The notes under the pieces were generated by a model that made no database searches, had not been told where the DNA came from, and saw nothing but the letters and a program-made list of their open reading frames with translations. This document shows, piece by piece, positions 30,428 to 41,182 of a stretch of DNA of 64,000 nucleotides. How positions within the stretch are numbered: the stretch's first letter is position 1; each line of letters starts with the position of its first letter. Source of the DNA: Promethearchaeota archaeon Loki_b32 (GTDB taxonomy: Archaea; Asgardarchaeota; Lokiarchaeia; Sigyniarchaeales; SOKP01); NCBI GenBank assembly GCA_005223125.1, contig NJBH01000013.1, forward strand, positions 1 through 64,000, written 5' to 3'. Made by a program: the position numbers and the translations under genes.

Positions 30428-31342
30428 ATGTCTAAAGAAATTATTATTCAAATCCAAAACTTAACAAAATATTATGGTAAATCACGTGGTATTGAAAAAC
30501 TAAATCTTGAAATATACAAAGGTGAAATATTTGGATTACTAGGTCCTAATGGAGCGGGAAAAACAACAACTTGTAGAGTTCTTCTTGATTTGATCCGAAA
30601 AACTTCAGGTGAAGCACAGATTTTTAATCTTGATGTACACCATCATTCAATTGAAATTCGTCAGCGTACTGCTTACCTTCCTGGTGATTTAGGTTTATTT
30701 CAAGAAAAAACTGCTAGAAGAAACCTACAATATCTTCTTGGCCTTTATGAAAATCATATTCCGATCAGGCGAATTGAGGAGTTGGCAGGGATATTCGGGT
30801 TAGACCTTGACAGAAAAGTTAAAGAACTCAGTAAGGGGAATAAGCAAAAAGTAGGAATAGTGCTTGCATTAGCCCCAAAAGTAGATCTTCTCATTTTAGA
30901 TGAACCTACAGCTGGATTAGATCCTCTAATCACAGCTGAATTCTATAAGATCCTTCATGAACAGCAAGAGGAGACAGGTTCAACTGTACTTCTTAGCTCT
31001 CACTTGCTTGGTGAAGTTGAAAAAGTAGCTCATCGTGTTGGTATCATAAGAGAAGGATCATTAGTTGAGGTAGCGACAGTACAGCAACTAAAAAGCATGG
31101 CAATGAAGGAGATTAAGGTTGAATTTGCCACTAAAGTTGCACTACAGAAATTCTCTGATCAACTACCTTCTAAAATTGTAGAAAGTGTTATTTTAAATGA
31201 AACACGTGCTTCATTTATGATTGCTCGGGAAGAATTAACTAAAATATTAAACCTACTTTCAAAATCTGAGATCTTAGACATAGAAGTTACAAGTCCAGCG
31301 CTTGAGGATATATTTTTGAAATATTATGAGGTGGTATCGTAA
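30428..31342 (+). CDS. ABC-2 type exporter ATP-binding protein
   Basis: GPNGAGKTT, LSKGNKQK, LILDEPT, SSH. Confidence 0.93.
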   Translation: MSKEIIIQIQNLTKYYGKSRGIEKLNLEIYKGEIFGLLGPNGAGKTTTCRVLLDLIRKTSGEAQIFNLDVHHHSIEIRQRTAYLPGDLGLFQEKTARRNLQYLLGLYENHIPIRRIEELAGIFGLDLDRKVKELSKGNKQKVGIVLALAPKVDLLILDEPTAGLDPLITAEFYKILHEQQEETGSTVLLSSHLLGEVEKVAHRVGIIREGSLVEVATVQQLKSMAMKEIKVEFATKVALQKFSDQLPSKIVESVILNETRASFMIAREELTKILNLLSKSEILDIEVTSPALEDIFLKYYEVVS

Positions 31343-32164
31343 ATGAAACGATTTTTCAGTTCAATTAAGGAGTTAATTTTAGAAAAGAAATTCATGATTC
31401 TAATATTAGGTGGCGGAATTGGCTTATTAAGCTTTTTTATAGTAGCTCTGATATCGGATTTAGATTTACAGTCAATGCAGGATATTTTTAGCGCATTTCC
31501 TGAGGAATTTTTGGAATTTTTTGGAGACTTGGCGGTATTAGCTAACCCTTATGGATTTTGGACTATGGAAATGTTGAGCTTTATTTGGCTATATGCAGGG
31601 ATTCTTTTTATCTTTACGGCTAGTTCTCTCCTCTCTCATGAAGTAGAAAATAAAACAATTGATCTTTCCCTCTCTAAACCAATTTCTCGGTACAATTTCC
31701 TTGGAAGTAAAATCACATTCCTTTATGTATTTATAATGACAACAATTGGTATTTTCTTTCTAATTACTCTAGGAAGTATGGCAGCTTCATCAACATTTAG
31801 AACAGAAGGTATTTTCTTAGAGAGATTTTTAGCAGCTTATTTTTCTGTTGTTCTCTTCCTCGGAGCGTTAGCAATGGTAGCTAAATTCATGTCGACAATA
31901 TTCTTAAGTACGAAAAAGTCAATTGCATTGGGAGTGATGATTTTATTTATAATGTTTTTTCTCGGTGAGTTTTATGTGTATATGGATGAGGCAATACAGG
32001 ATATTAAATACATTTCAATTTTCTATTATTTCAATCCTGTCGATTATATGGTAAATGCAGACACCGCTATATTTACTCGAGATATTGTAATATTAGGAAC
32101 AATCAACGTTGCTCTCATCGTTGGCAGTTTATTTATTTTTAATAGGAAGGATATCCCAAATTAA
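31343..32164 (+). CDS. ABC-2 type permease
   Basis: Multiple TM helices; E.ENKTIDL.LSKPISR..FL.SK; ends FNRKDI. Confidence 0.9.
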   Translation: MKRFFSSIKELILEKKFMILILGGGIGLLSFFIVALISDLDLQSMQDIFSAFPEEFLEFFGDLAVLANPYGFWTMEMLSFIWLYAGILFIFTASSLLSHEVENKTIDLSLSKPISRYNFLGSKITFLYVFIMTTIGIFFLITLGSMAASSTFRTEGIFLERFLAAYFSVVLFLGALAMVAKFMSTIFLSTKKSIALGVMILFIMFFLGEFYVYMDEAIQDIKYISIFYYFNPVDYMVNADTAIFTRDIVILGTINVALIVGSLFIFNRKDIPN

Positions 32165-32256
32165 TTTTTAAAACTTTTTTTTTATTATTCAGATAAGTTT
32201 AAATCTCTTTCTTAAGCTTGTTTATAATCTAAAATCTCAAAATTTTATTTCTCTAG

Positions 32257-32748
32257 TTATCTAAGCCAATTACTCGCTGGGAAATAACCTTAGGAAAATA
32301 CTTATATCATATCTTTAGTGCTACTATCGTTCTTGTAAGTGTATTCTTTGCTATAATACTTGGAATTTTTATAATGCCAAACGTGAATCCCACTGATGTT
32401 AATTTCGCTGAATTATGGACAGCTTTTTTTATAGTTTTATTATTTAATTATGCAATTATCAGTACTGCATTTTTCTTTTCGACTTTTAACAACCCTAAGA
32501 TGGCACTTGTTTTTAGTTTTGGGCTCGTAGTGTTTTTTTATGCTATAGGTCAATTTTGGAATTCTTTTGATGAAAATATGCAAAGTATAAAATACATTAG
32601 CATTTTCTACTATTCTGATATGTCGAATCTACTTGTAAACGGTAATTGGGGAATGGTTCCGTTAAAAATTATCTTTCTCTCAATTTATTCTATAGGATTT
32701 ACAGTTTTTTCTGTAATTTTATTTAATAAAAGGGACATTCCTGTCTAA
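32257..32748 (+). pseudogene. 5'-truncated second ABC-2 permease
   Basis: Frame starts directly after TAG (32254-32256) with the internal motif LSKPITRWEITLGKYL; the N-terminal ~110 aa of the paralog are absent; ends FNKRDIP. Confidence 0.85.
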
Positions 32749-32788
32749 ATCCTTAAATTTTTCTTTTTTTTCTTGTTTATAAATTTTC

Positions 32789-32820
32789 ACGGAAAACTTG
32801 CTTTAAAGCTTATAGACGAT
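32789..32820 (+). repeat. 32-bp intergenic repeat, copy 2
   Basis: ACGGAAAACTTGCTTTAAAGCTTATAGACGAT. Confidence 0.6.
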
Positions 32821-32925
32821 CGGTTGCTTTCAATAAGTATAAAAATATTAGGGATTTATTGGATCCGTTTTTTTCCTTTTTTCCTTAAAAAAAATTTAAA
32901 TCCCTAATTTATTTTAATTATATTG

Positions 32926-33192
32926 ATGAAGAAAGAAAAGAAAGAGATTTTCATCCCAGATAAAGATACATATAAACCATATAGCTTGGGCTGTGCGAAG
33001 TATAGGAAATGTCCTGTATGCAGGGGACATCGGGAATATCCAGACTGCTTTTGGTCTGAGGGTTTATGTGATTATTGTGCGGATTATATCTTTACAGAAT
33101 CCGAACTTTTTAAGAGATATCTAAGAGCTATTAAAAAGGGTTATATCCAACCTGTTTTGGATGGTCACGCTTATTTCTTTTCCAAGAATTAG
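32926..33192 (+). CDS. Small Cys-rich hypothetical protein
   Basis: CPVC and CDYC pairs. Confidence 0.6.
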   Translation: MKKEKKEIFIPDKDTYKPYSLGCAKYRKCPVCRGHREYPDCFWSEGLCDYCADYIFTESELFKRYLRAIKKGYIQPVLDGHAYFFSKN

Positions 33193-33352
33193 TATTCTAG
33201 ATAATATAATGATCTTTTTTTTAGAGTTCTAATTAAGAATTTAATTGCAAAAATTTATAAATTTATAATAATACAAATATCTTTAATATTATAATTTATA
33301 AGATTCTTTTTCAATTCTAAATTATATACTATCTTTAACGAGGTTAACTGAA

Positions 33353-34828
33353 ATGACCGATAAATATCGTAAAAAAGTACATTCGCAAGAAATTATTGCT
33401 ACATTTGATGACGTGTTAGTGCTCCCAGGTTTCACAAATTTTAGTCCCAGTGAAGTAGATATTTCTTCAAATTTAGGAAAATACCATTTAAATCTTCCTA
33501 TAATGTCATCTGCTATGGATACAGTCACAGAAGAATTAATGGCAATCAATATGGCTCTACGTGGTGGTTTAGGTGTTATGCATCGCAATTGCTCTTATGA
33601 GAGACAGTTAGAAATGGTTAGAATTGTGAAACGCGCCCGATCTTTTGTAATTGATGATGAACACGTTGCAACTATTGGCCCTAATGCTGGAGTTGCAAAG
33701 GCAAAATTCATGATGGAAAACTATAATATTAGCGGCATTGTAGTAGTAAATGAAGTTAAGAAAGTTTGTGGTATTTTTACAAAACGAGATATACCTTTTC
33801 TTGAGCAAGACATACAAAATGGAACAGTAAAAGATTGTATGACCAAAGATGTTATCTCTATCAAACCTGGAGCGTCAAGAGAAGAAGCACTGAAAATTTT
33901 ATATGAGTCACGCAAGGAAAAGTTACCGATTATCGATAAAGGAGGTTTTCTAAAGGGACTAATTACAAAGAAAGATTTAGCACCAGAATTTCCGTTAGCT
34001 ACGAAAGATGAAGAAGGACACTTATTATGTGCTTTAGCATTATCCCCAAAATATCCTGAATCCTCACAGGCTCTTAATATGTTAAAAGAAATTGAAAAAT
34101 ATGTTGATATTTTCTTTATTGATGTAGCAGATTTTTATAAGAAAGATGATATTGACGGTACTGCAAAATTAATGAGATTTTTAGAATCTGATTTTGTATT
34201 AGGAAATATTGGGACGTATCAAGCTGCAGAATACATAATTTCGAAATGTGATTTTGTAGAAGAACGGTTTATAGGACTAAAGGTGGGAATGGGTTCTGGA
34301 TCAATTTGTACAACATCAATCCAAACTGGAGTAGGTGCTCCAACTTTATTTGCTACTGCACAAGTTGCTGATGCTATACAAGATTATAATCCAAAGTTAG
34401 CTTTAATTGCAGATGGGGGTTTTACTAAGCCGGGTGATTTACCGAAAGCATTTGCTGTTGGTGCTGATTTAATAATGTCTGGTCATTTCTTTGCGGGTAC
34501 CGAAGAATCTCCTGGATTTATTGATACTATTGCAGGGAGAAAAGTAAAAGTTTACCGTGGTATGGGAAGTAAAGAAGCAAGAACATTTGGTTATATCTCA
34601 GATCGTTATATAGAAGGTTCCAAAATGTTAACAGAGGGCGTTTCTAATTATGTGCCTTATGTGGGAGATGTAGATGGGGTTTTAGCTACTCTAAAGGAAG
34701 GATTATCAAATGGGATGATTTACGCGGGTGCAAAATCTATTAAAGACATGAGGGAGTCTTCATTAGGAATAGTCTCCATCGTAGGCCAACGGGAAACACA
34801 ACCACATGACCTTATAGGAAAGTTTTAA
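33353..34828 (+). CDS. guaB: IMP dehydrogenase with CBS pair
   Basis: TFDDVLVLPG, SAMDTVTE, GMGSGSICTT, IADGG, YRGMGS. Confidence 0.93.
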   Translation: MTDKYRKKVHSQEIIATFDDVLVLPGFTNFSPSEVDISSNLGKYHLNLPIMSSAMDTVTEELMAINMALRGGLGVMHRNCSYERQLEMVRIVKRARSFVIDDEHVATIGPNAGVAKAKFMMENYNISGIVVVNEVKKVCGIFTKRDIPFLEQDIQNGTVKDCMTKDVISIKPGASREEALKILYESRKEKLPIIDKGGFLKGLITKKDLAPEFPLATKDEEGHLLCALALSPKYPESSQALNMLKEIEKYVDIFFIDVADFYKKDDIDGTAKLMRFLESDFVLGNIGTYQAAEYIISKCDFVEERFIGLKVGMGSGSICTTSIQTGVGAPTLFATAQVADAIQDYNPKLALIADGGFTKPGDLPKAFAVGADLIMSGHFFAGTEESPGFIDTIAGRKVKVYRGMGSKEARTFGYISDRYIEGSKMLTEGVSNYVPYVGDVDGVLATLKEGLSNGMIYAGAKSIKDMRESSLGIVSIVGQRETQPHDLIGKF

Positions 34829-34864
34829 TATTTCCAAAAAGAAAAAAAAAGATTTTTATTTTAT

Positions 34865-35296
34865 TTATGAGCTAACCATTAGTTGTTTCTTATCAAAATC
34901 TTCCGGATCTCCACCTTCTTCAAGGAAATCTACATAATTTTTAAGACCTTTTATGACTAAATCAGCAACTTTTTCATAGCCTTTCCTAAGTTTTTTATTT
35001 TCAAATTCAGTCCATATTGTTACTTCAGTAAGATCTCCTTTTGGTTCTACGATATAACCTATTGAATTCATATCGCTGTTTTCCATACGCCAAGTAACAT
35101 GTTCATTTTCAACACTTTCAGTGTCTACAATTAAAATGTCTCCTACATCAGATTTTAAAAGAAATTTTTTGCCTTCTTCTTTTTCGATAACATTAGTCAA
35201 GACGGGATTCCATCTTGGTGCATTTTGCCCATCCATGACTATATCATATAGTTTTTTAGTGGTTGAATTAATTTCTATTTTTTTTTCGACTCTCAT
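34865..35296 (-). CDS. SRPBCC/START-like protein
   Basis: IEIN...LYDIV.D....PRWNP pattern with C-terminal helix LKNYV. Confidence 0.75.
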   Translation of the reverse strand: MRVEKKIEINSTTKKLYDIVMDGQNAPRWNPVLTNVIEKEEGKKFLLKSDVGDILIVDTESVENEHVTWRMENSDMNSIGYIVEPKGDLTEVTIWTEFENKKLRKGYEKVADLVIKGLKNYVDFLEEGGDPEDFDKKQLMVSS

Positions 35297-35511
35297 ATCA
35301 AAATTACCTCATTTGATTTCGGATAAAAATAATGTCAGAATTACTTTTATACATTTGTGTCGGTATTTAAAAACGGAAGGATGTTTTAAATTTTACAACC
35401 TTACTTTATTTCACTTATTAAGGTTCTATTAATTAAATTTTAACTATAGTAAACTTTTCTTTGTTACTAACATTTTTATTAAATAAAGAAAATAGCTCAA
35501 AATGATTTTTT

Positions 35512-37113
35512 ATGAAAACTATAAAAAGAGCAATTGTTAGTGTGTTTGATAAGAGTGGAGTTATTCATTTTATTAAAGCATTAGTCAACGAATTTGGAGT
35601 TGAAATTTTATCAACAGGAGGGACTGGTAAATTATTAGAAGAAAATGGGATTAATTATGTTAAAATTTCTGATTATACAGAAACTCCTGAGATGTTTGAT
35701 GGCAGAGTAAAAACATTACATCCTAAAATTGAAGGAGGAATACTTTTTCGTAGAGATATCAATAAAGATGTTCTAGACTCACAGAAATATAATATCCCTC
35801 CAATAGATATGGTTGTTTGTAATTTGTATCAATTCAAAGAGGCTATAGCAAAACCAGATACCTCGTTGGAAGAAGCTCTGGAGTTGATCGATATCGGTGG
35901 ACCTACTATGATACGAGCAGCAGCCAAGAATTTTCCAGATGTTACTGTTGTACCAAGTCCAAAGTATTACACCCAAATTCTTGATGAATTAAGGGATTCA
36001 GGAGGAATTACTGATAGAACACGAGCCATATTAGCTCAAGATGTTTTTACTATTATGGCAGATTACAACGCAGCAATTGCTAATTATTTACAAAGAAATT
36101 TTAGCCCAGATCTAACAATGGGACAATATTTCATTAAAGTTTTTGAAAAGGTTCAAGATTGTCGCTATGGTGAAAACTGGGATCAAGCAGCATCTTATTA
36201 TAGGGATTTATCTTCGATATATGGATTACATAATCTTGTAAAATTAGGAGGAAAAGAAATCTCATTTAATAATTACTTAGATATTGATTCTTGTATGCAA
36301 ATTCTTTTAGATTTTGGAAAGGACCATTATACAACGGCAATTTTAAAACATACAAGTCCTAATGGTGTAGCAATTGATAAAAAGGATCAATTAACATCAG
36401 TGAAAAAAGCATTCAGCACAGATCCTTTGTCTGCATTTGGAGGAATCTGGGGAGTTAATAAAAAATTAACAAAAGATGTAGCGGATTTTATTGTTAATAA
36501 GGAAAAAATATTTGTTGAAGTTTTAATGGCACCTTCCTTTGAAAACGAGGCTCTAGAAATAATAAAACAAAAAAAAAATATGATAATCATTGAATATGGA
36601 GATTTCCTTAATAAGAGAAATGATATATACAAGAATCTTGAAATTAGAAGTGTACTGGGAGGAATTCTTGTTCAAGAGTATGATAGTAAACCTCTTATTA
36701 AAGAATGGAATGTAGCAAGTAAGAAAGAAGTAACTGATATCGAAAAAGAGGCGTTAATCTTTGCATATAAAGTTTCTAAATGGGCTAAATCGAATTCAGC
36801 ATGTTTTGCTCAAACTTATGATGATGGAATCTATACAATTGGGATAGGGGCCGGACAACAAAGTAGAGTACATGTAGTTAAATTAGCTATTCAAAAAGCG
36901 ATTGAGTTTGGTCATGAAGCGGAATTAAAAAATTCTGTTATGGGAACAGATTCCTACTTTCCATTTCCGGATGGTTTAGAAGTTGCTATTAAAGCTGGAG
37001 CGAAAGCTGTTATTAATCCGGGTGGTTCAATAAGGGATGAAGCTATAATTAAGCGTGCAAATGAATTAGACTGTGCTCTAGTATTTTGTGGTAAAAGAGT
37101 ATTCCGTCATTAA
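35512..37113 (+). CDS. purH: Bifunctional AICAR transformylase/IMP cyclohydrolase
   Basis: SVFDK, STGGT, GRVKTLHP, IDIGGP, RYGEN, SAFGG, PGGSIRD, RVFRH. Confidence 0.95.
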   Translation: MKTIKRAIVSVFDKSGVIHFIKALVNEFGVEILSTGGTGKLLEENGINYVKISDYTETPEMFDGRVKTLHPKIEGGILFRRDINKDVLDSQKYNIPPIDMVVCNLYQFKEAIAKPDTSLEEALELIDIGGPTMIRAAAKNFPDVTVVPSPKYYTQILDELRDSGGITDRTRAILAQDVFTIMADYNAAIANYLQRNFSPDLTMGQYFIKVFEKVQDCRYGENWDQAASYYRDLSSIYGLHNLVKLGGKEISFNNYLDIDSCMQILLDFGKDHYTTAILKHTSPNGVAIDKKDQLTSVKKAFSTDPLSAFGGIWGVNKKLTKDVADFIVNKEKIFVEVLMAPSFENEALEIIKQKKNMIIIEYGDFLNKRNDIYKNLEIRSVLGGILVQEYDSKPLIKEWNVASKKEVTDIEKEALIFAYKVSKWAKSNSACFAQTYDDGIYTIGIGAGQQSRVHVVKLAIQKAIEFGHEAELKNSVMGTDSYFPFPDGLEVAIKAGAKAVINPGGSIRDEAIIKRANELDCALVFCGKRVFRH

Positions 37114-37317
37114 AAAATCTTTAACTTTATTATAATTTGGTTTTATACCTTTATGAATTAATCTTTTTGAAAAAATCAGTTTATGGTAAGAAAGGTTTAT
37201 AAATTTCAAATGATAATTTTATAATACTCAAAAAAATCAATTTAACTTTTTAAATTAATAATTTTAATGAGGAGAGTATATCTAATCAAATCTTAATAAG
37301 GTGGAGCTCTTTTAAAA

Positions 37318-37611
37318 ATGGACTTCTTTCTTAGCAACTTAAAAGAAACACTTGAAGCGATAAATAAGTTAATAGATAATAATGTAACTATTGTAAACGC
37401 TAAAAGAATTAGAAGATGTAATCATATTAAATCTTCAAATCGCTCAAAGATCAATTTCATTTGGAGATCTCTAAGATACCTTGAAGATGAAGGAATATTA
37501 ACATTAAACGGGATAACTAACCCTAGGACTTATAAGATAATAACAAATGAAAAAATTGATGTTGATAAAGTACTTTCTCAAATTGAGAAAAACAAGAAAA
37601 ATAAGTCTTAG
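37318..37611 (+). CDS. Small basic winged-helix-like protein
   Basis: FIWRSLRYLEDEGIL...PRTYKI. Confidence 0.65.
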   Translation: MDFFLSNLKETLEAINKLIDNNVTIVNAKRIRRCNHIKSSNRSKINFIWRSLRYLEDEGILTLNGITNPRTYKIITNEKIDVDKVLSQIEKNKKNKS

Positions 37612-40340
37612 ATTAAATCTAACTCTATTAATAACTCATTTAATTTGTTTTTTGTTTCCTTATCTTTCGGATTGTTAATCAACCGTTTTTGATAAAAAAT
37701 TATATTGGGATATTTCAGCTCTAATTTATTAAATAGCTTTATCCATCTGTTAAAGTTATTGAGTAATTCGTTTACTTCAGGGTCTTCTTCTAAAGACATA
37801 ATTTCTTCTTTCTCTTCTTTTGAAAGGCTAGTTTTATATTTTTTTACACTAATGCCTTGATCATTTAACAACTTCTTATTAGTTCTTCTGATAAATCCTT
37901 CCAAACCGCTTCTCCAATGAACATACTTCTCATTAATTTTATCTATAGTCTCTTGAATAATTTTTATCTCTTGCGGATAAATTGTTTCTTGTTGCTTAGA
38001 TAATATCTTCTTTATTTTTTGAAATTCTGTTTCAAACTTCTGAGTGTAATTGTTAACCATTTTCTCAAATTCAAATAACACAGTATTATAATCTTTAGCA
38101 AATATTACATCATCACTAGAAAAAGTTAATGTTTCTTCTTCAAATGAACCTTTTAATCTCCTTTTTTGTATTAAATCCTCAAAAATTTCTCTTAATAAAC
38201 CAATCTCAGTTTGATTTAATTCCTTGCCATAAAATAAATCATAGAAAGAAAATAGAAAACTACTTTCCAACATCTGGTTCCTAATTCCGCTTTCTGTATA
38301 AAAGAGAACTTCTCCTGCATTTTGATGAAAAATACCCTTTACTTTACCGTCAGCTATTAAATCATGAATTAGATCTTCTATTAAACTTGAAGTGATATCA
38401 TATGTTCCTAAAGAGATATAATCATTAGATTTAGATTTGTCAATTAGCATAAATTTAATATCATTCTTTGCATCTTCTATTTTTTGCGGGCTAAAAATTA
38501 GTAAATCTGCTTTTTTAAAATAAATAAGGCCTAATTCATCAATAAATTTCAAAAAAATGTCTAGTTCCATCCCAGTTTTTTCAAGATATTCACTAATCTT
38601 TAGTTGATCTTTTTGTTTTATTTCTTCTGCAATTAACTGTAAATTTTCATCGATTTTTGATAAAATATGATTTCTATCAATATTAAGTTGCTTGGAGATC
38701 TCATTAATTTGTTTTAATCTTTCGGTTTCATCTGTAATTGAACTTATTTTATCAATTTTATCTTTTAAATACTTTGAGTAATAGAATATATTTTTTTGAT
38801 TATTCCAAATTCCGCTCCTATAGTCTACAAATTGGTCAAATACATCTAAGAGTAGAAGTTGTCCTATATTTAATTTATCTGAAATTCTAGATATGTCAAA
38901 ATAACCGACAATTTTAGAGTTTTGGACTTTATTTGTAATTTTTTGTACTCCTAAGTTTGTTAACCACTGTGTACCTTTACGAAACTTAGATAAGTATTCT
39001 CTTGGCATATTTTTCACTAATCTTATAAAATCTTCATCCAATAGAATCTGACGATAAGATTTAAGATCTATAACACTTCCTTTTGCAGCTTCAGAATTAA
39101 GTTGATCTTGAATTTTTTTTAATGAGATGTATGTTTCTTGATCTTTTCGCTTTAAAAAAGTTATTTTCATAGATTTAGAGATACCCTTCATAATTCTATC
39201 AATAAAATTTTGAGGAAGGAAGTTATAACTGGTTAACTCGATAGAACCATTTACTTGTAAATCCTCTATTAATTTTGATTTTATATAGACATAGGGGTAA
39301 AAAAATCCAATATCCGAATAATACCCCTCAATTATTTTTAGATTATTTAGCGTTTTTATAAATAGCTTTAATTCTGAATCATCATCAATAACTTGAGAAA
39401 ATGTATTATAAATTTTCTTATCTGAGATTTTCTTATCTTGTTTAAAAAATGTTTTTAGTTTATCTTTTTCTAATTCATAGATATATATTACATTTTCTTT
39501 GGTTTTTATATAGAAATAAATCTTCTTTTCCTTAAGATTTGATTTAGCAAAGTTCTTTAAGTGCTCTTTGAGATCCACATCTAACTTCTTCCTTATTAGT
39601 GAAAAATTGTGTTTTTTCATCAAAAAAAGGTTTTCTATTAGGGTTATAACATCTTTACTTTCCAAGTTCTCCAATCCAATTTCATTAAGCAATGGAAAAA
39701 ACTTCTTTAAAAGTTCTATTAATCTAATGAAAATTTTAGAGGATTTTTTATCTTCAAATGAGGAAATTAATGATTTTGAAATATCTCTAAAATAAAATAA
39801 ATGATCAAAATCTAAATCAACACAGGAATCAAGGAAATTTAGCAGGGAAATGATATTATCTGTTTTATTTTCTGTTAGAAGACTTTCCAAAATGATTTCT
39901 AAATCAGGATTTAATAAATTTGGATTAATTTTAATTAATTCTTGTAAAAAGTAATGTACATTATTCCTAACATCTTCAGATTTATCTTTAAGAAACTTTA
40001 CAAACTCATGAGAATAGCTTTCAACGTATTTTGAATTTGCAAGCATCGCAAATCCAATGATAATTATTGAATTAATTTTTAACTTTACATCTTCAGATTG
40101 AAGAAAATTCTCAATTTTTTGTATTAATCCTTCAGAAATAAGTTCGATTCTATTTTCTGCCAAAATTGATAAAATATAGGTAATTGGAACATTATATTTT
40201 TTTTCATCCAATAAAAATTTAAATTCATTAATGAGTTTTGAAATTTTATCAATTTTATTTTTACTTAAAAGCTTGTTTAGTTTATCTACTTTTTCAAGAA
40301 TTAAGCTATCTTTAAAATCCTCAAGATTAAGCATATTCAA
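37608..40340 (-). CDS. Large HEAT/ARM plus tandem winged-helix (PCI/UFL1-like) protein
   Basis: N-terminal HEAT motifs (LKDKSEDVRNN); repeated wHTH-like units (DISRISDKLNI, LIHDLIADGKVKG, DLIQKRRLKGSFEEETLTF); C-terminal coiled coil. Confidence 0.65.
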   Translation of the reverse strand: MNMLNLEDFKDSLILEKVDKLNKLLSKNKIDKISKLINEFKFLLDEKKYNVPITYILSILAENRIELISEGLIQKIENFLQSEDVKLKINSIIIIGFAMLANSKYVESYSHEFVKFLKDKSEDVRNNVHYFLQELIKINPNLLNPDLEIILESLLTENKTDNIISLLNFLDSCVDLDFDHLFYFRDISKSLISSFEDKKSSKIFIRLIELLKKFFPLLNEIGLENLESKDVITLIENLFLMKKHNFSLIRKKLDVDLKEHLKNFAKSNLKEKKIYFYIKTKENVIYIYELEKDKLKTFFKQDKKISDKKIYNTFSQVIDDDSELKLFIKTLNNLKIIEGYYSDIGFFYPYVYIKSKLIEDLQVNGSIELTSYNFLPQNFIDRIMKGISKSMKITFLKRKDQETYISLKKIQDQLNSEAAKGSVIDLKSYRQILLDEDFIRLVKNMPREYLSKFRKGTQWLTNLGVQKITNKVQNSKIVGYFDISRISDKLNIGQLLLLDVFDQFVDYRSGIWNNQKNIFYYSKYLKDKIDKISSITDETERLKQINEISKQLNIDRNHILSKIDENLQLIAEEIKQKDQLKISEYLEKTGMELDIFLKFIDELGLIYFKKADLLIFSPQKIEDAKNDIKFMLIDKSKSNDYISLGTYDITSSLIEDLIHDLIADGKVKGIFHQNAGEVLFYTESGIRNQMLESSFLFSFYDLFYGKELNQTEIGLLREIFEDLIQKRRLKGSFEEETLTFSSDDVIFAKDYNTVLFEFEKMVNNYTQKFETEFQKIKKILSKQQETIYPQEIKIIQETIDKINEKYVHWRSGLEGFIRRTNKKLLNDQGISVKKYKTSLSKEEKEEIMSLEEDPEVNELLNNFNRWIKLFNKLELKYPNIIFYQKRLINNPKDKETKNKLNELLIELDLI

Positions 40341-40353
40341 TGTAAAATAGGTT

Positions 40354-41079
40354 TTAATCCAATAAGAATTTTTTGATTTCTTCGATTTCTAAAATATTTT
40401 TAATATTTTTAAGCATTATAGTTGGATTAGACTTTTCCAAACCTTCCCTTGTACCATGTCCTGAAAGTAAAGCAATACTCTTGATTTTTGCATTCTTAGC
40501 ACATTCAATATCTGCGGGAAGATCACCGATATAGTATACTTTATCTTTAATTATTGAATAATTGAAATTTTTCTTAAATTGTTTTAATGCAGTTATAATT
40601 GGATATGGATGAGGTTTTCTATATAGAGTATCATCACGTGAAACAAAGACAGAGAAATACTTATCTAAATTTAATTTCTGTTTAAAAGAATCTAATCTTC
40701 TTTTACTAGTGTTAGATACAATCCCTAAGAGAATATTATTTTTTTTAAATTTGATCAAAACTTCTTCTAGATTAGGTTTTAAAGTTTCGTACTTTTCATA
40801 TTTTGGATACATACGCCTAAATTTTATGAAAAATAGATTTCTCCTCCAAATACTTGGAATATGTGGTTTATAAACTTTATTTATTCGATTTAAAGCTACC
40901 AATCGATTTTTTGAATCTGATTCCTCAAAAAGTCTCGCACAATCGATAAGTCTCATATTTTCTGTATTTTGCCAATTATAAAATTTCTTTTTTAAGAAAA
41001 ATGACGCTGTATATTCAAGAGCCTTTTGAGTAATAATAACACCATCAAAATCAAATAAAACTATTGGTGGGTAAGACAT
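40354..41079 (-). CDS. HAD-family hydrolase
   Basis: FDFDG, VSN, KPHP, IGDLPAD. Confidence 0.9.
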   Translation of the reverse strand: MSYPPIVLFDFDGVIITQKALEYTASFFLKKKFYNWQNTENMRLIDCARLFEESDSKNRLVALNRINKVYKPHIPSIWRRNLFFIKFRRMYPKYEKYETLKPNLEEVLIKFKKNNILLGIVSNTSKRRLDSFKQKLNLDKYFSVFVSRDDTLYRKPHPYPIITALKQFKKNFNYSIIKDKVYYIGDLPADIECAKNAKIKSIALLSGHGTREGLEKSNPTIMLKNIKNILEIEEIKKFLLD

Positions 41080-41182
41080 AAGTGTATTTTAAAGTGCTAA
41101 TTAACACTTAAATTTATCTAAATTTGTTTTACTTTTAAAAGAATTAAAATTTAAAAAAAAAGTAAAGATTATACTTAAAATT

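Noticed and set aside
14993-32820. Two unrelated repeat pairs both have a 2722-bp offset (14993/17715 and 30067/32789)
   Set aside because: The repeat sequences are unrelated and the first pair drifts to 2720 in its second block; treated as coincidence.
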